A stretch of DNA of 64,000 bases from positions 37,244 to 101,243 of the IMG/VR virus record IMGVR_UViG_3300030040_000144; one strand, 5' to 3'. The translations under genes were made by a program, and so were the position numbers. Origin of the DNA: a virus. Below are positions 19,021 to 27,946 of the stretch, piece by piece. Within the stretch, counting starts at the first letter, position 1. Every line of letters begins with the position of its first letter. The notes below the pieces were generated by a model. That model made no database searches and was not told the DNA's origin. It saw only the letters and a program-made list of their open reading frames with translations.

Positions 19021-19051
19021 TTTGTTGCACTAAGCATTTACTATATATTTG
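19021..19051 (+). promoter_or_regulatory. Bacteroides-type promoter (-33 TTTG, -7 TATATTTG)
   Basis: TTTG at ~19021 lies 20 nt upstream of TATATTTG (~19044-19051). An AT-rich divergent intergenic region. Confidence 0.4.
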
Positions 19052-19087
19052 CACACAGAAAACAAAAACAAATAAATATAAATCATC

Positions 19088-21133
19088 ATGAAAGCAACAT
19101 TAAACCAAATCGCCGAGAACTTAGTAAAAGTATTAACAGACAAGAGCGAAAGCCGCATATATTACACGGATGCCGAGCAATACGCCGGCGTGTGCGGTTG
19201 GTGCGGTGTAATGTCTCCATTATCTCGCCCGGCATATTACAAAACCTTTGGCAAGGAAACCACCGACGCAGCAGAAGCGAAAGCACGCGAAATCATCGCC
19301 GAGAAGGAAGCAGCACGCACACGTATGGAGTATTACAAGCACGGACAGGAAGCCGACAGACTGGAAGGAGTGCCCACCGTGGGCGGCTTCTTCTGGGCTG
19401 ATAACAGCGGCCTAAAGTGCGACGGCGGCCGCGGACTATTCGAAGAGCTGCACGCCCTGAACTACTACACCGACACCCTAAACACTCCCCCCCGCCTTTG
19501 CTGCGTTAATGAAATTATACGAGTATCTGAAAAAGACTTTGCCCGCCCTGCCCTGGCTGATGAGCTCGTAAAGGCTCACAATTTAAAGGGCTTCTGTCGT
19601 TCCGAGGATGTGGACGACGACGAAGACATGACCGCCATATATAACGATCCTGAGAAATTAGCGACATTCTACACCGTCGGCGCTCTCGTTGTGTCGCCAT
19701 CGGGCAAATACTACCTTATAGACACCGAGGGCAACAACTACGCCCGATATATATACGTTCCCATAGAGTGGCCCGTATTACTCGCCGACGAGGTGGCAAC
19801 AGTCAAGGCAGAGGAGGAAGCACGACAGAATGAAGACGCACGACAGGAAGCGGAAGCGAAGGCGCAGCGCCTCGCACAGTATCGCGCACGTTGTGCCAAA
19901 TGGTTACACCTCATGAAGGATGTACGCCCGTTAGAGGCTGACAAGAAGACTACCAGCCGTCAAGTAATTAACGCCCGAAAGGCTAATATCTTGGCAATGT
20001 GCCGCGCCGCATTTCCCGGCGTTAAGTTCTCCGTTAAAGTGCGTTATGGCTGGGGGGCTGATTTTACATTATCATGGACCGACGGCCCAACCGTCGAGGA
20101 GTTCAAGGAAAATACAGATCTGTCTTTATTCTGCCGCTGCCGTGACACCTTCAACGGCTGGGACGATAGCACGGGCGTAGATTACGCCGAGTTCGACGAC
20201 TTCGCACGCCTCACGATGGGCAGCAATGGCGGCGATATTGAGACGGAAAGAGTAATGAGCGACGACGCACGCACCGAGATTTTAACGCAGATTTTCGCCG
20301 TAGTACCAGCGGCCAACGACCGCGATAAATACGGCTACACACTTGCGCACGATTACACCGCTAACGAGGCGGCAGCGGTGGCCGCAGCCCTGGGCGTGGA
20401 AGTGGCCGACATCTTGCCGCACGGTTGTACAGATAACGCCGAAACCATCGCCCGCCGTGCGTGGAATGTGCGCAGCTATACCCCAATTATAGCGCCAGAA
20501 CCTACCGACCCGAAGCCGGGCAAGGCTCAGACAGTAGACACCGACACCACCGACACAGCAGACGAAGCACCCGCCGAGGGCTTGCAGCTTGTGGAGACTG
20601 CCGAAGGCGTGGCGGTGGTAGGCGATAGCCGCACCACATACCGCAACCGCAAGCAGATCAAGGCACACGGGGCAACATGGAACAAGACCGCCCAACAGTG
20701 GCAAGCCACAGAACCGGAAGCCGTGGCACGCCTTCGCGAATGGTTCGGGGTAACTGATACCCCGACCGCCGAAGAGTGCGGCACAGCGAACGAGGACGAG
20801 CCACAGAGCGACAGCACCGAACCGATAGAAGCCGCCAACATTGAACCGACGAGCGTAAACGCCACGTTATACGATAGCAGCGAAAACACCACCCCCACCG
20901 ACACCGCACCAACGGCGAACGCTGGCAGCCCTGAAGAACTCAGCGGCGAAAACGCCGACACTATAGCCCTACAGTGTACCGCCGCAGAGTTCACGCCCGA
21001 AGAATTCCGCACACTGTACGGCAATTATAGGCAAGAGCACCCCGACGACATACCGCGGCATAACGTCAAGCCGGAGCGGTTCGGCAGCGTTACCCCGCTT
21101 TTCCTTTCACTTGGTGACCGTGTGATAAATTAA
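19088..21133 (+). CDS. Large acidic multi-domain hypothetical protein, possibly polyvalent-like
   Basis: 681 aa. A central Lys/Arg-Ala coiled-coil-like segment, a long acidic Thr/Asp-rich low-complexity C-terminal part, and a short Y.NRK.IKAHGATWNK segment. Function not recognisable. Confidence 0.35.
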   Translation: MKATLNQIAENLVKVLTDKSESRIYYTDAEQYAGVCGWCGVMSPLSRPAYYKTFGKETTDAAEAKAREIIAEKEAARTRMEYYKHGQEADRLEGVPTVGGFFWADNSGLKCDGGRGLFEELHALNYYTDTLNTPPRLCCVNEIIRVSEKDFARPALADELVKAHNLKGFCRSEDVDDDEDMTAIYNDPEKLATFYTVGALVVSPSGKYYLIDTEGNNYARYIYVPIEWPVLLADEVATVKAEEEARQNEDARQEAEAKAQRLAQYRARCAKWLHLMKDVRPLEADKKTTSRQVINARKANILAMCRAAFPGVKFSVKVRYGWGADFTLSWTDGPTVEEFKENTDLSLFCRCRDTFNGWDDSTGVDYAEFDDFARLTMGSNGGDIETERVMSDDARTEILTQIFAVVPAANDRDKYGYTLAHDYTANEAAAVAAALGVEVADILPHGCTDNAETIARRAWNVRSYTPIIAPEPTDPKPGKAQTVDTDTTDTADEAPAEGLQLVETAEGVAVVGDSRTTYRNRKQIKAHGATWNKTAQQWQATEPEAVARLREWFGVTDTPTAEECGTANEDEPQSDSTEPIEAANIEPTSVNATLYDSSENTTPTDTAPTANAGSPEELSGENADTIALQCTAAEFTPEEFRTLYGNYRQEHPDDIPRHNVKPERFGSVTPLFLSLGDRVIN

Positions 21134-21170
21134 ACCTTATATTATAGACTGATAAAAAAATTACTTAATC

Positions 21171-21452
21171 ATGAAGGCAAAAGTAACAACACCTACAGCG
21201 CCGAGCGTTAGCGCCTCGGATGTGGTAAAATCTTTAGGAGTGTGTACAACTCTTTGTGTAATGTATGTATTACAAGGCTTCGCCAAGCTGAAAAGTTTGG
21301 CGAAGTGCGCAGCCCTTAGCGTATGCCGGTGGCTCAACGATCGCCACAACGTAACCGATCAGGAAGACCCCGTAATGATGACGGGCTGGCAGTGCCTCGG
21401 CTGCGGTGTGTTGGTTCTATTCGCAGCGGTGGCAATCTGCATCAGGTGGTAA
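21171..21452 (+). CDS. Small membrane protein
   Basis: 93 aa with two hydrophobic segments. Confidence 0.3.
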   Translation: MKAKVTTPTAPSVSASDVVKSLGVCTTLCVMYVLQGFAKLKSLAKCAALSVCRWLNDRHNVTDQEDPVMMTGWQCLGCGVLVLFAAVAICIRW

Positions 21453-21512
21453 CATTCGCTTCGTTATAGCGTGTGCGAGAAATTAGAGATTTTCAATTTT
21501 AACAAAAATAAC

Positions 21513-22142
21513 ATGATTTTACAATTAACAAAACAGAGTTCCGGCCAAGAAATAAAGGCGTACTTTGAGAAAGTATTAAGAATGACAAGAGACAGCGAGG
21601 AATTTCCCGTTAATCTCGATGATGTATGGCCGTTAGTATATTCAAGAAAAGACAAAGCGGTAAGAGCATTACAAAGTAACGATTTATTTATGCAAAACGT
21701 TGATTATCAGGTTTTACCCCAAAATGGGGAAAACTCTGGGGTTTTAGCCCAAAACGGGGGAAAAGTCCAAAACGGTCGCCCGACAGAGATTTACATGCTC
21801 TCCGTTCCTTGCCTTGAGTTTTTCATCGCCCGCAAGGTTCGCCCCGTGTTCGAGGTCTACCGACAGGTATTCCACAAGGTAGCGAGCGGTGAGCTGATAC
21901 AAGTGGCTCCGGCTTATTCTGAACCTTGTGACTTCGAGACAACCATCACGCCGTTTACAGACTATGCCGGGGAGGTCTACAAGCGATGGAAAAGGCTTTT
22001 TGAACTCTCGGATGATAAAGTACGGCTCCGGAAAGATTACCAAAATTGGCTCATTACATATCGAAACTTCTGCTATTATACCAACCAATTGGCATATCTG
22101 GAAACGATGGAGAAACTGGATGGGGCCTGTTACCTCACATAA
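21513..22142 (+). CDS. Hypothetical protein, possibly KilA-N/Bro-N-like
   Basis: Start at the internal MILQL.... The N-terminal FPVNLDDVWPLVYSRKDKAVRAL weakly resembles antirepressor-type N-domains. Confidence 0.3.
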   Translation: MILQLTKQSSGQEIKAYFEKVLRMTRDSEEFPVNLDDVWPLVYSRKDKAVRALQSNDLFMQNVDYQVLPQNGENSGVLAQNGGKVQNGRPTEIYMLSVPCLEFFIARKVRPVFEVYRQVFHKVASGELIQVAPAYSEPCDFETTITPFTDYAGEVYKRWKRLFELSDDKVRLRKDYQNWLITYRNFCYYTNQLAYLETMEKLDGACYLT

Positions 22143-22191
22143 CGGGCAATTAATAATCAATAACTATTAATATATAAAAAAAAACAAAACA

Positions 22192-22374
22192 ATGGAAGAA
22201 AAAACAGTAATTACAATCGACATGGACAAAGCAAGCCTCCGTGAGGCAATGACACGAATCATAGAGTATATCACACTTACCCCTCCCAATCCCGACGAGT
22301 TCGGCAACAAGGAGCTCGTAGAGTACAACCTGGGTCTCAACGCGCTATTCTCCTGCCTACGTCAGACGTATTGA
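22192..22374 (+). CDS. Small conserved protein, paralog of 14801..14986
   Basis: 60 aa, ...RIIEYITLTPPNPDEF..., homologous to the ORF at 14801. Confidence 0.35.
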   Translation: MEEKTVITIDMDKASLREAMTRIIEYITLTPPNPDEFGNKELVEYNLGLNALFSCLRQTY

Positions 22375-22385
22375 TGAAATACTTG

Positions 22386-22436
22386 TCCCGTGCCCGGTAT
22401 GGCCTTTAACGGTGGTTCGATTCCACCGGCGGGAAC
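22386..22436 (+). other. tRNA 3'-end-like fragment (T-arm plus acceptor 3' strand), a candidate att core
   Basis: GGTGGTTCGATTCCACC (a perfect T-arm with the GTTCGAwTCC loop) followed by GGCGGGA + A. Upstream TCCCGTG can pair 6/7 with the acceptor 3' strand. At ~50 nt it is too short for a complete tRNA. Confidence 0.4.
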
Positions 22437-22583
22437 ACAAGAAAAAAAATTATCAGATATGATAAAAATCTGTTATCAAATTTGGTACATTCGATTTTAA
22501 TTACTAAATTTGTAACAGTTAAGAAAAACAGACAATAAACCCTTTAAAGCTGGTGGCAACAGTTTAAATTCAGCACCGAAAAT

Positions 22584-23072
22584 ATGAAGACTTTTAACGG
22601 AAAAACCATCACAAAGAAACAGATCGTCAGCGTTATCCGCACCCAGGACCCTACACAGATTTACCGCCTTTATCATCATGTTTACGGCGTTAAGCCAGTA
22701 GATGTGGAGGTATGCAAGTTCATCCAGCAGTTTGCCCCCACCAATAAGCTTTACAAGGCTGCTTATAACATAGCGTGCCGCTGCGCCCGCAAGTTTCACC
22801 CTGTAGTGACTCAGGGCGAGTTCGACAAGTACAGATCATGGGAAAAGGCTAACTGCCGTCAAATAACTATGCAGCGCCTACGAGACGAAATAGCCCGTGG
22901 TGTGGATGGTTACACCAAGCGTCCTATAATGGGAGACACTAACCTATACTTCGCCTCTCCGGTTTACGGGCATCATGACTACAACAAGTTTATAGCCTTA
23001 CCCATAAGCGGCAACGAGCGTTTCTGTGAGCTTATCTGCCGATTGGCCGACAAGTACATTCCCAGAGGTTAA
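22584..23072 (+). CDS. Hypothetical protein
   Basis: 162-aa ORF. Confidence 0.35.
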   Translation: MKTFNGKTITKKQIVSVIRTQDPTQIYRLYHHVYGVKPVDVEVCKFIQQFAPTNKLYKAAYNIACRCARKFHPVVTQGEFDKYRSWEKANCRQITMQRLRDEIARGVDGYTKRPIMGDTNLYFASPVYGHHDYNKFIALPISGNERFCELICRLADKYIPRG

Positions 23073-23255
23073 GTAACCTATAATATAATATATAAACAAT
23101 AATCAACTTAACGCTGCGCTATCGGCATGACGGGCAATATATCATGAACAAAGAAGTAGCAAAAAACTTAATTCTACTGCGTCACGGTAAAGCGGATTTT
23201 TTCTGAAGATAGACTTTTTATTAATCATTATTTATAACATTAATTACAGATCATC

Positions 23256-23696
23256 ATGAACGAAGACAGATATACACTTACTCAGGCAGCCGAACCCGGC
23301 TACTGGACGGTGGCCGACCACGAAAACGGCATAGAGATAACCTTTAAGGAAAAAGCGTACAACACTACGCAGATGATAAACTATACCGATGCAGCGCAAA
23401 GCAAAACAATGGCTTTCGCCATGAAACTGCCCACCTATATGCGTGAGATGGCCGATTGGATAAGCCAGAATCATTATAACATCGCCATGCCGTCACTGAC
23501 AGAAAAACGTTTATCTATGGGGCAGCGTATAAAAGAGCTGCGCACCGAGCAGGGATTAACCCTTCAGCAGTTGGCGGACTATGCAGGCATTACCAGAGCG
23601 AATCTCAGCAACATAGAGGGTGGCCGTTACTCTGTAGGCCTCGATGTGCTGAACCGTATCGCGATCGCCCTGGGTGTGGAACTGAAGATGGAGTAA
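23256..23696 (+). CDS. Regulator with a C-terminal XRE-type HTH
   Basis: C-terminal LTLQQLADYAGITRANLSNIEGG is an HTH_XRE. The N-terminal ~90 aa are unknown. Confidence 0.45.
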   Translation: MNEDRYTLTQAAEPGYWTVADHENGIEITFKEKAYNTTQMINYTDAAQSKTMAFAMKLPTYMREMADWISQNHYNIAMPSLTEKRLSMGQRIKELRTEQGLTLQQLADYAGITRANLSNIEGGRYSVGLDVLNRIAIALGVELKME

Positions 23697-23952
23697 CCTT
23701 GTTGTTATGGTATAACTCCAGAATTAGTATATTATAATAAAATACACATTTTATCAATTATCCCCTTTTAAAACATTTATAAACCATGAAAAAGATTATC
23801 ACTTACACGGCAGTTGCCATTGCCGTTGCAGCTACCGGAGTTCTGCTTTTCTCATTCTTAGGCGTAGCCGTATTTTTTCTGCCGCTTCTGTGCGGAGCGT
23901 TTAAAAGGTAAAACTTCGTCAGTATATTTAAAACAACCTTATTATAAAAGTC

Positions 23953-24918
23953 ATGAAGAACAATCTTATGCAGTGCGCCATCGCAGCGATGGCGTGCCTG
24001 GTGTGCGCATCGTGCGCCAACGAAAGCGAATCTTTAATTTCACAACCCTCTACCGCCACTCCAGCCGTGGGTAAAGCCCGTGTAAAGCTGGTATGCGGTA
24101 TGGATGTGAGCGTAACGTCATCTCCGTTGCGCCACGTTACGGGCGGCAGCCGTGCGGCGCTTACCGCTAATGGTAAAGCCCTTACCCACCTCTATATAAT
24201 GGACTACGACAAGCAGAGCGGAAAGCTGCTGCAAGTGCTGCACCAAACCAGTACGGCAACCGATTTTGCTGAACCCGATCTTATGCTTGATTATGGCGAG
24301 CATACACTGAAGGTAGTGGCTACACGCAGCGAATCGCCACAGCTTAGCCTGGCATCAGGGGCGGCATGGAATCATACGCCCGATGTGCTTACTCCTGTCA
24401 GCGCCGATGTGCCGGTATCGGTAACGAGCAGCAAAACCTCTGATACGTTCGGTGCACAGAAAGATGTTACCGTAAACATCGGTAAAACCACTACCGTAAA
24501 CATCACTCTGGAGCGATTGGTGGCTATGTTGATAGTAAACAGTACAGATCAGTTCCCTACAGATTGTACCACTATGCAGCTTAGCTTGGACGAGCACCGT
24601 GCATTTGCCTTTGATGGCTTCGACGTTACGGAAGCGGTGAAAAATCAGCGTACCAGCGATGTTTCTTCTTTGCGTGGTATTACAGGAACTACCATAAACT
24701 ACTTTTTTCTTGTACCATCGGCCGGCTATAGCACCGACATTACCTTCACCATGAACCGTACTGATGGAGCGCCATATTCAGTGATAACCGTGCCCAATGT
24801 GCCGTTTACCCGAAACCATCAGACCACCGTAACAGGTTCGTTCTACACCCATCAGCAAGACTTTAAGATTTCGTTAGCTGATACGTGGAGCGACGAACGG
24901 CATGAGATAGACATTTAA
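23953..24918 (+). CDS. Lipoprotein
   Basis: MKNNLMQCAIAAMACLVCASCANE lipoprotein signal. A beta-rich 321-aa body. Confidence 0.45.
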   Translation: MKNNLMQCAIAAMACLVCASCANESESLISQPSTATPAVGKARVKLVCGMDVSVTSSPLRHVTGGSRAALTANGKALTHLYIMDYDKQSGKLLQVLHQTSTATDFAEPDLMLDYGEHTLKVVATRSESPQLSLASGAAWNHTPDVLTPVSADVPVSVTSSKTSDTFGAQKDVTVNIGKTTTVNITLERLVAMLIVNSTDQFPTDCTTMQLSLDEHRAFAFDGFDVTEAVKNQRTSDVSSLRGITGTTINYFFLVPSAGYSTDITFTMNRTDGAPYSVITVPNVPFTRNHQTTVTGSFYTHQQDFKISLADTWSDERHEIDI

Positions 24919-25023
24919 TCCGTCACGCATCAATTAATATAATACGCACGCCACTTATCGATCATCTTAACGATAAGTGGCGCTGCTGTTTATGTGTTAT
25001 TTGAAAAAACATCCCCTTTATAC

Positions 25024-25593
25024 ATGTTACACTTCGTAAAAACCACTACTCTACTGATAACGGCAGCCGCCATTCTGTCCGCTTGCAGTAAACCGTATCT
25101 GGTAGAAGAAGGCGACGGTAGCCATACCACCACATCGCCCGATGGCGGCAGTCAGCACCCAGACGCTCCGTCCGCTCCTACCCTGCCGGAGTTTCTTATC
25201 GCTACCAACGATACCGCACGTTTCTATCTGTCGGGCATGGAAATTGCCGACGTATCGCTATCGGCGTATCATGATCCGTCGCAGCTTATATCAGACTCAC
25301 GTTATCGAATACCTACCAGATTAGAGGTAACGACGGTACTTAGAGACCTTGCGCTGCCTTTCGACTATTATCACTCGGCGCAACGCATTCTGTGCTATGA
25401 CACGCCTTCGCACTATGGCATTAGAGTAAACTCCACCAAGTTTGGCACTGGCTATTACTATACGTACATGCCCGGCAGCACCGTTGCACGTGCTGGGCAG
25501 AAGACCAAGTTCTGCATCATTCCTATACGTACGGAGCTGAGACAGAGCGATGGAAGCAAAGTAGACATCACCGTAGATGACCGCTGGCAGTAA
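25024..25593 (+). CDS. Lipoprotein
   Basis: Internal start MLHFVKTTTLLITAAAILSACSK with a lipobox. Confidence 0.4.
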   Translation: MLHFVKTTTLLITAAAILSACSKPYLVEEGDGSHTTTSPDGGSQHPDAPSAPTLPEFLIATNDTARFYLSGMEIADVSLSAYHDPSQLISDSRYRIPTRLEVTTVLRDLALPFDYYHSAQRILCYDTPSHYGIRVNSTKFGTGYYYTYMPGSTVARAGQKTKFCIIPIRTELRQSDGSKVDITVDDRWQ

Positions 25594-25910
25594 GTATTTT
25601 GTGCATTTGTGTAATTGTGCAAACGTGCAATCGCATAAAGACACGAAAACATATTTGTGCAAATACACAAATGCACGCACAAACACACAAACGCATAAAC
25701 AAACGCATACACGTACAAATCAACAAACGAACAAACAAACAAACGAATAAATACATGCACATATAAACACACAAACGCATGAACAAACATACATGCGTTT
25801 ATACGCATACATAAACAAACAAATAAACACATACACACATACATGCACGCATAAACGAACAAACAAACGCATAAACATATAAACAAACATACGTTTGTGC
25901 TTGCTTATAT
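25594..25910. repeat. Degenerate CAAAC/ACAAACG microsatellite-like repeat tract, with an inverted GTTTG copy at 26020-26100. A candidate centromere (parS) or host-factor-binding array upstream of parA.
   Basis: About 300 nt composed almost entirely of caaac(g/a)/acaca units. The flanks gtgcatttgtg..gtgcaaacgtgca recur at 25601 and 26049. A similar tract lies at 59620-59690. Confidence 0.55.
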
Positions 25911-26183
25911 GAATTTTAATTTTTAAATTTGCAATATCAAAACACGGAGGCAGTAATGGAGGTGCCGTATGGCTCATCCCTCTGCTGAACCTTGACGACA
26001 GTACACCGTGAGCGCGTGCAAACGTGCGTTTGTCTGTCTGTTGGTTTGTGCATTTGTGCAAACGTGCATTTGTTGGTTTGTGCATTCGTGTATTGATTTA
26101 TGTGCTACCCCCTGGTGCATACGTGCTTTTAATGAAGCTTGATAATAAATTTTATAAATTAATTAGAAATACTTTTTTAGACT

Positions 26184-27053
26184 ATGGAAGAAAAACTTAA
26201 AGAAGTGCTCGCCTTCGTGAATCACAAAGGCGGAGTAGGTAAGACAACAACAGTGCAGAGCCTTGCAGCCGGGCTAAGAACTTTCGGCAAAGGTCAGTTC
26301 GGTAAAGATAAAGACGGCAACGACCGCATCCCCCGCGTACTTATAATAGACCTCGATCCGCAAGCGTGTGTTTCGTTTCTCTCCGGTTGGAGTGAAACAA
26401 AGAACGTGGGCAAACCCACCATGTACGATGCGCTGGTGCAGCAAAGTCAGATGCCGGTGTATAAGGTAAACGAAGGTATATACCTGGCTCCGGCTTCGAG
26501 CCGACTGATAGGTATAGAGCCGTTCCTCAATCAGATGGCAGTCCCCAGAAAGGCGTTGTGTAAGCTGCTGGCTAAACCATTAATGGAAATGGAAGGTACG
26601 GAGCTGCACGATGAAGGCACTTTTAATGTGAACGAGGCGTTCGACTACGTGCTGATAGACTGTCCTCCTGCCATGTCGCTTCTTACATACAACGCACTTA
26701 CAGCGGCTACCAGTGTGGTACTGCCAGTGCAACTTGAAATGCTCGCTACAAAAGGTATAGCCGAGATTATCAATGCCGTAAAAGAAACTCGCGAAGACCT
26801 GAATCCCGACCTCGACATCAGAGGCTTGCTTATGGTCATGAGCAACGATCAAACCAAGGCTACCAAGCAGTTCAAAGAATATCTGGGAGACAAATTTGGT
26901 GATTATATGTTCGACTCTTATACTCGCCGTGACACCAAGATGGTAGAAGCCCAGGCTATGAACGAAGATATATTTTCTTACGCCCCACAGAGCAGGGTAG
27001 GCGAGGACTATGAAAATTTTACTAAAGAAATCATGGCTAGTATGCCACAATGA
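26184..27053 (+). CDS. parA: ParA/Soj-family partition ATPase
   Basis: Deviant Walker A VNHKGGVGKTTT near the N-terminus. 289 aa. Confidence 0.85.
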   Translation: MEEKLKEVLAFVNHKGGVGKTTTVQSLAAGLRTFGKGQFGKDKDGNDRIPRVLIIDLDPQACVSFLSGWSETKNVGKPTMYDALVQQSQMPVYKVNEGIYLAPASSRLIGIEPFLNQMAVPRKALCKLLAKPLMEMEGTELHDEGTFNVNEAFDYVLIDCPPAMSLLTYNALTAATSVVLPVQLEMLATKGIAEIINAVKETREDLNPDLDIRGLLMVMSNDQTKATKQFKEYLGDKFGDYMFDSYTRRDTKMVEAQAMNEDIFSYAPQSRVGEDYENFTKEIMASMPQ

Positions 27054-27577
27054 AATGTTTAACCGCGTTAATATTATACTTTATGGCAAGACCTGTAACA
27101 TCTAAGGTCAAGAAATTCAGCTTGACCGAATCGGAAGTAGTAGAAGAAAACGAACGCATACTATCTCAGAAGACAGAACGGCATACACCTGCCGCTAAGG
27201 AGGAAACCGCACCGCACGATACCGCTCAGCCCGATACCGAACCGCAGCAATCCGATGCAGTGCAACCGCAGGCAACTACACAGACTGCTACATCTACGCC
27301 TCAGTCTGTAGCCGTGACTCCGGAAACCACACCGCAGCAGCCCGCACCAACGGAACAGACCTCTTCCGCCTCTGTCGGATCTCCGGCGACCGACGGACTG
27401 GAGGAGCTGGCGGCTATGCGCAAGCCTAAAGGCAAGAAAACGGAAAACGGAATCACGGTTTATGTGCCGATGGAGTACTATGAGCGCATTGCCTTAATGA
27501 AAATGCGCACCGGAATACCTATTCGGGATTTGGCTCTGCAAGCCGTCATTGAGTTTATTGATAGGAATATGGCATAA
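27050..27577 (+). CDS. ParG-like ribbon-helix-helix centromere-binding protein with a disordered Pro/Thr/Gln-rich N-terminal region
   Basis: Overlaps the parA stop (ATGA). The C-terminal GITVYVPMEYYERIALMKMRTGIPIRDLALQAVIEFI has an RHH (beta-alpha-alpha) pattern. Confidence 0.45.
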   Translation: MKCLTALILYFMARPVTSKVKKFSLTESEVVEENERILSQKTERHTPAAKEETAPHDTAQPDTEPQQSDAVQPQATTQTATSTPQSVAVTPETTPQQPAPTEQTSSASVGSPATDGLEELAAMRKPKGKKTENGITVYVPMEYYERIALMKMRTGIPIRDLALQAVIEFIDRNMA

Positions 27578-27662
27578 ACCTACGTTTTTGTGCACCAAAA
27601 CCTCCCTTTTTGTGTACCTAAACCTCCGTTTTTATGTACGTAAACCTCCCTTTTTGTTTACC
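27576..27662 (+). repeat. Four 22-bp iterons (aaacctcc[c/g]tttttgtgtacc), the inverted set
   Basis: Four tandem copies with 22-bp periodicity. They are the reverse complement of the set at 27844-27930. Confidence 0.7.
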
Positions 27663-27843
27663 AAGTGCGTTGTAAACACTTGATTTACAAATAATTCTGA
27701 ACCTCTTAATATAAGATAATATAATAGGTTTTTTATTGTTATTGATTATATAAAAGAGTATATACTATAGATATAACAGTTTATATTATATTATATTAAG
27801 GGATTTATTACAGACTGATTATTAATGGTTTACATGATAGTTG

Positions 27844-27930
27844 GTACACAAAAAGGGAGGTTTAAGTACACAAAAAGGGAGGTTTTGGTACACAAAAAGG
27901 GAGGTTTAAGTACACAAAAAGGGAGGTATG
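27844..27930 (+). repeat. Four 22-bp iterons (gtacacaaaaagggaggttt), the direct set abutting the rep start
   Basis: Four tandem copies. The two sets flank a ~180-bp, >80% AT segment (27663-27843), a putative DNA-unwinding element. The rep ATG follows within 20 nt. Confidence 0.7.
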
Positions 27931-27946
27931 AAAAAAGATAGAAGAC

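Noticed and set aside
19088-21133. Calling the 681-aa protein a primase, relaxase or anti-restriction protein
   Set aside because: Only a short lysine-rich segment (Y.NRK.IKAHGATWNK) hints at known small DNA-binding modules. No catalytic motif could be identified, so it is left as hypothetical.
22386-22436. Complete tRNA gene
   Set aside because: Only about 50 nt of tRNA-like sequence (T-arm plus acceptor 3' strand); no D-arm or anticodon arm can be drawn.
25458-26085. Cys-rich ORFs (MFICLCVCLF...) on the minus strand
   Set aside because: Translation artefacts of the CAAAC / GTTTG simple-repeat tract. No coding periodicity beyond the repeat itself.
27576-27930. CRISPR array
   Set aside because: Repeats are 22 bp and contiguous, with no unique spacers. 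They occur in two inverted blocks around an AT-rich segment directly upstream of a rep gene, which identifies them as iterons.
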